Shown: positions 8,717 to 16,759 of the stretch, one piece after another | Layout: each line of letters begins with the position of its first letter | How positions within the stretch are numbered: position 1 is the first letter of the stretch | Virus record (IMG/VR): IMGVR_UViG_3300009481_003844 | Direction: 5' to 3' (one strand) | Source: a virus | Length of the DNA: 64,000 nucleotides | The notes under the pieces: model-generated | The model's input: the letters and a program-made list of their open reading frames with translations, nothing else | The model's database searches: none | What the model was told of the DNA's origin: nothing | Made by a program: the position numbers and the translations under genes

Positions 8717-8750
8717 GACTGTGATGGTTCGACTCCATCTCTCCCCACCA
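8666..8750 (+). tRNA. tRNA-Tyr (GTA), long variable arm
   Basis: GGGGAGA/TCTCCCC acceptor, CT-GTA-AA loop, TTCGACT, CCA; atypical C8 and two stem mismatches. Confidence 0.9.
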
Positions 8751-8995
8751 ATATATAATAAATAAATATTATGAATCCATTTAAACCAAATAGTAGTAGA
8801 GTAGATAAATTAGAAAATCAGATATTAAATCTTAAAGAACGAATTGCTAAATTGGAAAGAGATTTAACGTATCACATTAAAAACGAAAAATGTTCGGATT
8901 AGAAGTATTAATTCCATTTATACCATGGCTTACTTATTCTTGGTTATGGAAAAATTCAATATGGATTGCATTGATTAGTTCAACAATATATCATT

Positions 8996-9172
8996 GGGAC
9001 AAGCCGCACGGATTTTGTTCAGTTGCATCAGGCTGTCCTTTCTAAAGATTAGCTAACCACTTCCCGAGAGAGTAGGGTGCAACCGTAGTACACTCCTACT
9101 ATAGAGTGAAGTGCTATGAGGGATAAGGTGATCATGGAGAATAACCTGCAGGCCATGTATAGACTTATCCCT
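8996..9172 (+). ncRNA. Candidate structured ncRNA upstream of tRNA-Asp
   Basis: Stems GGAC-AGCC/GGCT-GTCC, CACTTC/GAAGTG, AGTAGG-GTG/CAC-CCTACT, AGGGATAAG/CTTATCCCT, CATGG/CCATG in GC-rich non-coding DNA. Confidence 0.55.
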
Positions 9173-9182
9173 TGCTATTTAC

Positions 9183-9259
9183 GGTCCCATCGTCTAGGCG
9201 GCCTAGGACACCGGCCTGTCACGCCGGCAACATGGGTTCGAATCCCATTGGGACCGCCA
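9183..9259 (+). tRNA. tRNA-Asp (GTC)
   Basis: GGTCCCA/TGGGACC, CCGGC-CTGTCAC-GCCGG, TTCGAAT, CCA. Confidence 0.95.
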
Positions 9260-9285
9260 CTCCACACTTGAACTATAAATTTATT

Positions 9286-9918
9286 ATGAAAAATGTATTT
9301 TATTTTATTACAGCATTAATTTTAATCGCAGGATGTGCGAACATCGAAGAAGAACATGATGTAGATTCGACTTCAACTTCAACTAATTCAGTTGTAGCTA
9401 CAAGTGGAACAAAATTTTCTAGTCCACGAACTGCATCTATAGATACAAAAGAAATATGGAGAACAGGATGCTATTCTAATCAAAATGCAGAGGAGTTAGA
9501 AGGAAATGAAATAAGAGATAATTCAACCAATTATTTTTCATTTTCATTTGAAGATAATACAATATCTGCTAAAGTGGAAAAATATTCTGATGACAATTGT
9601 TCTGTGAAATATTATTCACATAATGAATTTTTTACTTATTCTATGATAGATTCTTCAAGATTTACAGCAACAAGTGGATCTTTTGTAGAATTGACTCCAC
9701 AATCTAATGAAGCAGTAGACTTTTTTAATAAAAATACTACATGTAAATATGACGAATGGGAGTTAAATGTTACAAAAAAATGTGATAATGAGATTTTAGG
9801 ACTTGAGTCGCAAACTGTTTATTGTTCTTATTATTATGAAGAAAATGCGTTATATTCAACGTGTGATCCTGATGATTATCCCACAGAAGATTATACTGAA
9901 TTTACTAGAATTTATTAA
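9286..9918 (+). CDS. Lipoprotein
   Basis: True start at ATG 9286 (the ORF-track extension runs through the tRNA); MKNVFYFITALILIAG-C lipobox. Confidence 0.75.
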   Translation: MKNVFYFITALILIAGCANIEEEHDVDSTSTSTNSVVATSGTKFSSPRTASIDTKEIWRTGCYSNQNAEELEGNEIRDNSTNYFSFSFEDNTISAKVEKYSDDNCSVKYYSHNEFFTYSMIDSSRFTATSGSFVELTPQSNEAVDFFNKNTTCKYDEWELNVTKKCDNEILGLESQTVYCSYYYEENALYSTCDPDDYPTEDYTEFTRIY

Positions 9919-10010
9919 AAAAACCATTTTTTAGCTTGACAGTCCCACCGGTTTTTGAGATAATATAAGTGAAGGTTAGGAATTCTCCTGACTATTAACC
10001 CCCAAAAGAG
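9918..10010 (+). repeat. Early promoter + hairpin leader cassette, copy 2
   Basis: TTGACA(9936)-17-GATAAT(9959); GTTAGGA/TCCTGAC hairpin; TATTAACCCCCAAAAG. Confidence 0.85.
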
Positions 10011-10020
10011 ATTTTTTATT

Positions 10021-10263
10021 ATGACAAAATCAAAGTTCGTTGCGAAATTGATGAAGAAAGGAGAATTTCTCTCTTCAGGAACGTTTGAATCTTTGGAAGA
10101 AGCAAGATTGTGGGCGATGAAAGAAGCCAAATTGCTGATTTCTGATTTGGAAATGTTGAGAAGCACCAATATTGGTGACATAGTTGTTGAAATTGATAAG
10201 CATTTTACTGAATATGAGATTTCAACTGATGAACTTTTTAAGAATAGTGTGAGGGCAATATGA
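10021..10263 (+). CDS. Hypothetical early protein
   Basis: First ORF after cassette 2. Confidence 0.6.
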   Translation: MTKSKFVAKLMKKGEFLSSGTFESLEEARLWAMKEAKLLISDLEMLRSTNIGDIVVEIDKHFTEYEISTDELFKNSVRAI

Positions 10264-10562
10264 GAAAAACCGTTGCAAATGAAATTTTTAAACAGTTAGG
10301 TGGACAAAAATTTGTTACCATGACAGGAGCCAATAGTTTCATTGATCTTGAGAATGGTATTCGAATGAAGATTGGTCGAAACAAGACCAATGCAAACTTA
10401 TTAGAAGTTGTTCTAAACAGTATGGACACTTACGATGTAACTTTTGCTAAGTTGACTCGTTTGGGTGAGTGGAAGTCGGTTAGAGAATATAAGAATGTTT
10501 ATAATGATTCTCTGGTAGAACTTTTTGAAAGACATACTGGAATGTATACGAAATTATTTTAG
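10260..10562 (+). CDS. Conserved phage hypothetical protein
   Basis: EI..QLGG..F..MTGA, DTYDVTF, HTG.YT.L pattern. Confidence 0.65.
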   Translation: MRKTVANEIFKQLGGQKFVTMTGANSFIDLENGIRMKIGRNKTNANLLEVVLNSMDTYDVTFAKLTRLGEWKSVREYKNVYNDSLVELFERHTGMYTKLF

Positions 10563-10983
10563 GAGAAATTATGAAAATGTTTCTTGAAGAAATTGCAACC
10601 CTAGTATTGTTATTTGGTATAGCATATTTGGCAATACTTTTTATGTTTATTCTTATATAGGAGATTTTATGATAAAATATATTGCAGTTGCTACAGTAGC
10701 TTATATGATATATGCTGGAGTATTTAGTGTTAGCTTTTCTAGTGATGAAGTTGGGGTTGGATTTAATCCCAGTAAAGTTGCTACTAGATTTGTATCTGAT
10801 GTTTCAACTATATTTGAAAGTGTAAAATGAGTATGATAATGTGTAAATATGGGTGTCTAAGTGATACCGATTACTTTCCAGAATTTGGATATGATGTAGT
10901 AACTGGTGAATACACTTGTGAACCTTGCTATGAAAATGAAGAATTTGTAGTTTCAGAAGAAGACGAACTCATTTTTTAATCCA

Positions 10984-11078
10984 AAAAAACCAATTTTTAT
11001 CTTGACACTATGGTGTGGTTTTGAGATAATATAAGTGAAGGTTAGGAATTCTTCCTGACTATTAACCCCCAAAAAGAA
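10984..11078 (+). repeat. Early promoter + hairpin leader cassette, copy 3
   Basis: TTGACA(11002)-17-GATAAT(11025); GTTAGGA/TCCTGAC hairpin; TATTAACCCCCAAAAAG. Confidence 0.85.
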
Positions 11079-11084
11079 ATTATT

Positions 11085-11324
11085 ATGAATGCTAGTTTGA
11101 ATCATGCACTTGAAAAAGAAGTGACCCACGCAAGAAAATTTAAACTGAGAAAACTCAAAATGGTTTGTAATGAACTTGAAGCCGCAGAACGAAAAGTTGA
11201 TGAACTTAGAGGCGTTAAGTGGGGTTTGGTTACTGATCTCAAAAATTTAGGTCACGATTTTACAGCCACTACTGAGGGCATGGATATAGTTTTGTCTTCT
11301 TCACCTTCTTTTAATTGGAGTTAA
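11085..11324 (+). CDS. Hypothetical early protein (coiled coil)
   Basis: First ORF after cassette 3. Confidence 0.55.
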   Translation: MNASLNHALEKEVTHARKFKLRKLKMVCNELEAAERKVDELRGVKWGLVTDLKNLGHDFTATTEGMDIVLSSSPSFNWS

Positions 11325-11326
11325 TT

Positions 11327-11881
11327 ATGAGTACAAATAGTTTAGTAGCGTATTTAAGTAATGATGGAACAGTTACTACATCCTATGTGCATTGGGATGG
11401 AAATACAACAAGTGTTGGATGGACTTTGTTAGAACATTACAATACTGCAGAAAAAGCAAAGGAATTAGCTACAACTTTGGGTTATGCATCTTCCTTGTAT
11501 GAAACAATTGAAAAGTCTCATGCAGATCGTGCAAATACAGATGAAGCAATAGTTTACGAAAATTATCTTGATTTTGAGGAGTACATTCGTGAAAGTTCTT
11601 TTCTTGAGTATGTTTATATTTGGGTAGAACATAGAAATGAGTGGCAAGTTGCTACTTGGGAACACACAAAACTAGATACTATATCAGACGAAGGATTAGA
11701 ATTCCGATATGATTGGAATGGGTTTGGACTGCTGACTGATGTATTTACAAATGAAGCTGTTGAAGCTATAAAACGATTTAGAGACATTGCAGACAAAGGA
11801 AATTCTGATTATATAGGTTATGCAGAAGAACTGGAAGCAGGAATTTTAAAATATGCAATTGAAGAAACGACTTATGCTTAG
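11327..11881 (+). CDS. Conserved phage protein (Y.HWDG family)
   Basis: SYVHWDG...VG.TL.EHYNT motif; GGAG RBS before ATG 11327. Confidence 0.65.
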   Translation: MSTNSLVAYLSNDGTVTTSYVHWDGNTTSVGWTLLEHYNTAEKAKELATTLGYASSLYETIEKSHADRANTDEAIVYENYLDFEEYIRESSFLEYVYIWVEHRNEWQVATWEHTKLDTISDEGLEFRYDWNGFGLLTDVFTNEAVEAIKRFRDIADKGNSDYIGYAEELEAGILKYAIEETTYA

Positions 11882-12071
11882 AATAAATATTGTTCGTGAA
11901 ATTTTTATTTTGCTTATTGCTCTTTTAATAATAAGTTATATTGCAAGCAGAATAAGTATTGAATATTACAATTTCATAAAGTATCATTTTATTTTGGGAT
12001 GTAGATATATGGAACTCCCACATGAAGTTTGGGCGTTCATGGATAAATATCTTTTCGAAGGACAATTATGA
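11874..12071 (+). CDS. Small membrane protein
   Basis: N-terminal hydrophobic helix; stop abuts tRNA-Asn. Confidence 0.5.
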   Translation: MLRINIVREIFILLIALLIISYIASRISIEYYNFIKYHFILGCRYMELPHEVWAFMDKYLFEGQL

Positions 12072-12146
12072 TCCCTCGTAGTTCAGTGGTAGAACGGTAG
12101 ACTGTTAATCTGCTTGTCGTTGGTTCGAATCCAGCCGAGGGAGCCA
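12072..12146 (+). tRNA. tRNA-Asn (GTT)
   Basis: TCCCTCG/CGAGGGA, CT-GTT-AA loop, TTCGAAT, CCA. Confidence 0.95.
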
Positions 12147-12175
12147 CTAGAATAAATACTTAATAGGAATTAATT

Positions 12176-12610
12176 ATGTTTGTAAAGATGGGTTCTCCTG
12201 CTAGAAAAAACAGAGCCTTTCATGTAAATATTGATAATCATGATGTTTGGAATTTAGATTCCACTCTTGCTCATATTATTCATCCTGCTCTTGTTCGTTT
12301 AAGGGAACGTGTACCACATTTTGGTTATCCAACCCCTTATGATGAAACAGAAGCATATCCAGAGCATTATTCTCAAGGATCATTTGAAGAAATTTTGGAT
12401 CGTGATGCAGAGAGCAAGTATTATGAAGAACTATGGATGGACAAACTTCAGAAAATGATTGATGCATTTGCAATGATTATTGATAAAGATGAAGACTATG
12501 ATGTTATTGCTCACCACGTAGATTATAAAGATGCAAGAAAAGCATGGTGGGATAAGATTGACGAAGGTCTGAATCTTTTCGCAGAGCATTATCAAGGTCT
12601 TTGGGATTAA
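12176..12610 (+). CDS. Conserved T4-like phage hypothetical protein
   Basis: D.WNLDSTLAHII.P.L..L...GYP...W...L.KMI.AF...EGL.LF.E.Y..LWD pattern. Confidence 0.65.
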   Translation: MFVKMGSPARKNRAFHVNIDNHDVWNLDSTLAHIIHPALVRLRERVPHFGYPTPYDETEAYPEHYSQGSFEEILDRDAESKYYEELWMDKLQKMIDAFAMIIDKDEDYDVIAHHVDYKDARKAWWDKIDEGLNLFAEHYQGLWD

Positions 12611-12637
12611 AAATAAATTAAAATCCGAAAGGGGAGT

Positions 12638-12886
12638 ATGTTTGTACTTAAATATTGTGGTTCTTGAAATTATAGACCACAAGCAGAAAGTCTTTCCGCT
12701 AATATTAATAAATCTTTACTAGATACATGCGAAATTGAACAAGGAACAAAGGGCCAATTTGATTTATATCGAAACGGTGAATTGTTTTTAAGTAAAGATG
12801 AATTACAGAAATTTTTTACTTTTGAGGATGTACAATTCAAGTTGAAAGAGAAAGGACTTGGATTTTGGATGGAAAATTTGCGATAA
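12638..12886 (+). CDS. SelW/SelT/SelH (Rdx-family) selenoprotein, Sec encoded by in-frame TGA at 12665-12667
   Basis: GGGGAG RBS; MFVLKYCGS-U-NYRPQAESL...IEQGTKGQFDLYRNGELFLSK...; CxxU plus the C-terminal G.F.(V/L)..NG.L..SK Rdx motif; frame stays open 72 codons past the TGA. Confidence 0.85.
12668..12705 (+). promoter_or_regulatory. Putative bacterial SECIS hairpin
   Basis: AGC-A-GAAA/TTTC-C-GCT stem (12682-12700) with apical G at 12690, 23 nt after the UGA. Confidence 0.55.
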
Positions 12887-12889
12887 TGG

Positions 12890-12918
12890 TTGCTTTTTTT
12901 CTGATTTATTGCTATAAT
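12890..12918 (+). promoter_or_regulatory. Sigma70 promoter with extended -10
   Basis: TTGCTT-17-TATAAT with TG at 12910-12911. Confidence 0.6.
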
Positions 12919-12937
12919 AATCTAATATAAGATTAAC

Positions 12938-13156
12938 ATGCCAAAAAAATATAAAAAGAAATTTAAAATATCAAGAGATGATCTGAATGTCAAAATTAAT
13001 GAATATTTGGAAAAGGGTGGGAAGATCACAAAACTGGAATGTATTATACCAGAACGACCTAGGACTGTACGGCAAGAAAGTCAAATGAAGAGTTTTAACA
13101 CTCCTGTAGTAGATCAAGATTTTTATGCTAGAGGAGCAGAAAAAGAAGCTGGATGA
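12938..13156 (+). CDS. Hypothetical basic protein
   Basis: INEYLEKGGKITKL motif common in phage small proteins. Confidence 0.55.
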   Translation: MPKKYKKKFKISRDDLNVKINEYLEKGGKITKLECIIPERPRTVRQESQMKSFNTPVVDQDFYARGAEKEAG

Positions 13157-13389
13157 AAATATTTATTTATCGTATTCCGATGTTATTAATGGGTTTTATA
13201 ACATCGGTTTTAGTAATTTTAAAATTGACAGATAAAATAAGTTGGAGTTGGAATGATGTGTTTCTTCCACTTCAGCTTTTTGTTATTTTGGGTGTATTTT
13301 TTGCACTTATACTTGTCTACTTAGACATAAAAAAGAAAAATTCTAAGAATTTTAACTTTTATTCCTTTAAGAGAAAAAAGAATAAATAA
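13153..13389 (+). CDS. Small membrane protein (2 TM)
   Basis: LVILKLTDKISWSW..VFLPL pattern. Confidence 0.6.
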   Translation: MKIFIYRIPMLLMGFITSVLVILKLTDKISWSWNDVFLPLQLFVILGVFFALILVYLDIKKKNSKNFNFYSFKRKKNK

Positions 13390-13409
13390 TAGAACAAGTT
13401 TTCAAAAAT

Positions 13410-13470
13410 GGCGCAGGGAGGTCTGAATGGACTAATGGATCTGCACCCCCACCATTCAGGCCGCGCCCCA
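13410..13470 (+). ncRNA. Candidate small GC-rich hairpin RNA ending in CCA
   Basis: GGCGC/GCGCC and GGTCTGAATGG/CCATTCAGGCC stems, 3' CCA, intergenic. Confidence 0.5.
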
Positions 13471-13502
13471 CTACATAATCATTATATTATCAGGAGTTAA
13501 TA

Positions 13503-13757
13503 ATGTTGGGTTTTCCGACAACAAGAATAGAACTATTCTTTAGACCAGATCAAGATTGCTTGTTGGCACTTGAACCTGATGGTACATTTCATGAATTTGA
13601 TGTTAGAATGTTGCGAGAAGCAAAAGAATTATTTTCACGTTATCATGAAGCACATTTTCATGAAGAAGATAATTTAGACGAATTTCATGAGTTTTGTGGA
13701 AGAATGCAGGAGGAAAGTCCTGAAATGGAAGGAGTTATGTCTCCATATCTAAATTAA
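13503..13757 (+). CDS. Hypothetical acidic protein
   Basis: AGGAG RBS, 84 aa. Confidence 0.55.
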   Translation: MLGFPTTRIELFFRPDQDCLLALEPDGTFHEFDVRMLREAKELFSRYHEAHFHEEDNLDEFHEFCGRMQEESPEMEGVMSPYLN

Positions 13758-13767
13758 AAGGAGATCG

Positions 13768-13956
13768 ATGATAAAATTTATAGAAACATTTCAAAATAAA
13801 TTTATTAAAAAAGAAGAGTATGATGTAGAAATAGAACGGAATAAAAAATACGAAGTTAGATGGGTTTGGTATCATACAATTTTAGCAATAGAATTGTTAA
13901 TAACTAATGTTTTATTAATATGGATATTATTTAAAATATATGACTTACATACTTAG
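13768..13956 (+). CDS. Small membrane protein
   Basis: AAGGAG RBS; C-terminal TM helix. Confidence 0.55.
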   Translation: MIKFIETFQNKFIKKEEYDVEIERNKKYEVRWVWYHTILAIELLITNVLLIWILFKIYDLHT

Positions 13957-13973
13957 TATCCAGAAGGATCTAA

Positions 13974-14189
13974 ATGATTGAAAAATTGGCTCATAATCAT
14001 GAATATGTTTTTGAGATATTATATCATTTTAATTGTGGCAATGAAAAGTGTGGTAAGTGGTGGAGTTATGCAAAGACTCCTGATAATAAAGAAGAATTAC
14101 ATAAACAGAAGGTAGATGCTATGTATTGTCCACATTGTGGAATAAAAGGACATCTAAAAATAAAGGATAAATTTTTTAAAAATATTTAA
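13974..14189 (+). CDS. Zinc-ribbon protein
   Basis: C.(NEK)C.KWW and CPHCG. Confidence 0.6.
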   Translation: MIEKLAHNHEYVFEILYHFNCGNEKCGKWWSYAKTPDNKEELHKQKVDAMYCPHCGIKGHLKIKDKFFKNI

Positions 14190-14196
14190 GGATTAA

Positions 14197-14421
14197 ATGC
14201 AAAAAAAGCTATTATTAGTTTTTGTAATGATGGCGACATGGATGGTTGTAAGTTGTACAACAACATCTCAAACGGGATGTTATGGATTTTGGGAAGATAA
14301 TAAATGGGGATTAAAAAGGGGAACTATAGTTGGAAAAAATGCTAATTATAAGAAACCTTATCGACAATGTGTAGATGAGGATAATCATATATTAAATAAA
14401 GAAAAAAGACCTTATGGGTGA
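14197..14421 (+). CDS. Small putative lipoprotein
   Basis: MQKKLLLVFVMMATWMVVS-C lipobox-like signal. Confidence 0.5.
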   Translation: MQKKLLLVFVMMATWMVVSCTTTSQTGCYGFWEDNKWGLKRGTIVGKNANYKKPYRQCVDEDNHILNKEKRPYG

Positions 14422-14512
14422 TTATGTTTAATAGAAACGAAATAATGTTTTGGATTTTTACACTTATTGTAGGTATCATGTTAGCATGGTCTTGTAGGTT
14501 AGAGGCAGTAGT

Positions 14513-14725
14513 ATGAATATTTGGGTAGAATATTTTAAAGTTCCTGAAAACAGTAAAAATAATCATGCTCAAATGAGAGAAAATCTTAAATGGGATCCTC
14601 CAGAACCTGAACATATAATGAAAAGATTTTGTCAATCAAGAGAAGATGCAACTACATTTGCTAATGCGATGTTACAGAAAGGGTACTATGCTACTATAAA
14701 AACGGACGGTGGGTGGAGAATTTAG
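14513..14725 (+). CDS. Hypothetical protein
   Basis: 70 aa ORF. Confidence 0.5.
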   Translation: MNIWVEYFKVPENSKNNHAQMRENLKWDPPEPEHIMKRFCQSREDATTFANAMLQKGYYATIKTDGGWRI

Positions 14726-14864
14726 AAAAAGAATCACTTATAGGTTTAAAATCGCATTATTCTGTTTATGGAGGACAAGATTTTTATATTGAAACTGTAT
14801 TACGATATAAAACTCCTGATGGATACAGGGGTAGCATAGTAAAAATTAGATCAAAAAAGGAGAA

Positions 14865-15077
14865 ATGAAAAAAAATAAACGTGTAAGACAAGAAAAGTCT
14901 ATTAAAAGGCTTGAAAACACCCTTAAAATGCATGAAGCTAATGCAGAACTAACAGTTGCTATTATGCAAGATAAAGTACTTTCTACCGGCTCTAAAGACA
15001 AAGTAGAGTCTGTTAGAAAGAAAAAGATAGAACGAATAAAGAAAACAATCGAAAACACAAAGAAAAGAATGTTATAA
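14865..15077 (+). CDS. Hypothetical basic protein
   Basis: AAGGAG RBS; Lys/Arg-rich. Confidence 0.5.
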   Translation: MKKNKRVRQEKSIKRLENTLKMHEANAELTVAIMQDKVLSTGSKDKVESVRKKKIERIKKTIENTKKRML

Positions 15078-15080
15078 ATA
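15073..15080 (+). promoter_or_regulatory. T4-type late promoter candidate
   Basis: TATAAATA 55 nt upstream of the cell-wall hydrolase start; the motif is common in AT-rich DNA. Confidence 0.4.
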
Positions 15081-15135
15081 TAGAACATACGGTTGATTTG
15101 TTATTCATGGAATCGTTAACAACCCGGAGAATTAC

Positions 15136-15744
15136 ATGTTAAAAAAGGTTTATGCTTTTTTGATGGTAATTGTCGCAACAATACTGATACCAGGAGTTGT
15201 AGGAGTACCACTTGGAAAATCAAGCACAAAAATTCTTATTCCACAACTGCCATCAGTCTCATTAGTCAAGACACAATCAATTAAAAATCCTAACTTAGAT
15301 ATAATCGTGCAAAATCAGGAGCAAATTACGTGTTTGGCAAAAAATATTTACTTTGAAGCGGCAACCCAATCAACTGCAGGAAAATTAGCAGTTGCATTTG
15401 TAACAAAAAATAGAGTAGATTCAACTCATTTTCCCAGTACTTTTTGTGATGTAATATATGAAGGCCCTCATTATGCCTCAGGACATCCAAAAAGAGATCG
15501 ATGCCAGTTTTCATGGTATTGTGATGGAATGGGAGATGATCCAAGAGAAGGATATGGTTGGAGAAATTCACAATCAGTAGCTAAATGGTTTTATGATCAT
15601 AAAGACAGACTTATGGATATAACAGATGGTGCAACGCATTATCATGCTAATTGGATGCAAAAATTTCCTAAGTGGTCGAGAAAATATAAAAAAAATGTAA
15701 CAATTGATGATCATATATTTTATAAACGGAGTTATAATTTTTAG
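15136..15744 (+). CDS. Cell wall hydrolase, SleB/Hydrolase_2 family
   Basis: CLAKNIYFEA (catalytic Glu), AVA.V..NRV, CQFSWYCDG, GATHYHA, IDDHIFY; N-terminal hydrophobic anchor. Confidence 0.9.
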   Translation: MLKKVYAFLMVIVATILIPGVVGVPLGKSSTKILIPQLPSVSLVKTQSIKNPNLDIIVQNQEQITCLAKNIYFEAATQSTAGKLAVAFVTKNRVDSTHFPSTFCDVIYEGPHYASGHPKRDRCQFSWYCDGMGDDPREGYGWRNSQSVAKWFYDHKDRLMDITDGATHYHANWMQKFPKWSRKYKKNVTIDDHIFYKRSYNF

Positions 15745-15754
15745 AAAGTAAATT

Positions 15755-16759
15755 ATGATTGATAATGCAGATGTGAAAATTCCTCAGCATGAAAAAGGAA
15801 ATCTTGCGGAGAATTCTTTAGGAGGAACAGAACTTCTTTCAATGGAATTATTCCGCAGATTACCTGAGGAATATAAAGATAAATTTCAATTCGTGATTTC
15901 AAGAGTCCATAATATAGAAGAAGATAAACGTAGACTTTTTTGGATTCATGATCTTGCACAAGATCCTTCATACAATATTCTTAAAACTCAACTTGATCTT
16001 TTTAATAAATTAATTTTTGTTAGTCATTGGCAACAACAACAATTTAATACTATATTAAAAATTCCATATGATAATGGAGTAGTAATTAAGAATGCGATAG
16101 ATCCTATTCCGAAACATGAAGAAACAGAAACAAAGGATCTTCAATTAATATATGCTTCAACACCTCAGCGGGGTCTTGATGTTCTTGTGAATTCTTTAAA
16201 TTTAATAGATAGAAGTGATTTTCATTTACATGTTTTTTCTAGCTATAAATTATATGGTTGGGAAAAAAATGATGAGCCATATAAGCCTTTATTTGAAATG
16301 TGTGAAAAAGATCCAAGAGTAACTTATTATGGTGCAGTTCCTTATGATGAATTAAGGGAACATTGGAAAAATATGCATATATTAGCATATCCATCTACTT
16401 GGCTAGAAACTTCATGTAGAGTAGCTATGGAAGCAATGACGGCCCGTTGTGCAATTGTTACTTCTAATTATGGTGCTTTACCTGAAACATGTGGTGAATA
16501 TGCTTACATGTACAATTATACAGAAGATAAAAATAAGCATGTTGAAAGATTTGCTGATGCACTTGAAGATGTTATGGATTCATATTGGACAAAAGATGTT
16601 CAAAAAAATCTTGACAATGCATTAGAATACGCATATACTCATTATAGTTGGGATAAACGTATCAATCAATGGATTGATTTTCTTGATAACTTAACATATG
16701 AACTAGATTATGCCGAAGAAGAAGTTAAAAAAGAAATCACTATTAACAAAAAAAATTAA
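15755..16759 (+). CDS. Glycosyltransferase, GT-B fold (GT4/group 1)
   Basis: GGTE, WIHD, YASTPQRGL, YPSTWLETSC..AMEAM. Confidence 0.85.
   Translation: MIDNADVKIPQHEKGNLAENSLGGTELLSMELFRRLPEEYKDKFQFVISRVHNIEEDKRRLFWIHDLAQDPSYNILKTQLDLFNKLIFVSHWQQQQFNTILKIPYDNGVVIKNAIDPIPKHEETETKDLQLIYASTPQRGLDVLVNSLNLIDRSDFHLHVFSSYKLYGWEKNDEPYKPLFEMCEKDPRVTYYGAVPYDELREHWKNMHILAYPSTWLETSCRVAMEAMTARCAIVTSNYGALPETCGEYAYMYNYTEDKNKHVERFADALEDVMDSYWTKDVQKNLDNALEYAYTHYSWDKRINQWIDFLDNLTYELDYAEEEVKKEITINKKN
16611..16639 (+). promoter_or_regulatory. Sigma70 promoter inside the GT gene
   Basis: TTGACA-17-TATACT, about 70 nt upstream of the 16710 gene. Confidence 0.55.

Noticed and set aside
9172-9285. N-terminal extension of the lipoprotein ORF from TTG 9172
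   Set aside because: It runs through tRNA-Asp; the signal peptide starts at ATG 9286
8996-13470. tRNA-Sec to accompany the selenoprotein
   Set aside because: None of the structured elements has a UCA anticodon arm, T-loop or long acceptor stem; Sec machinery is not visible in this window
15090-15130. Hairpin near the RBS of the cell-wall hydrolase (T4 gene e-style translational control)
   Set aside because: Stems are short and competing, do not clearly cover the GGAGA, and lie downstream of the putative late promoter
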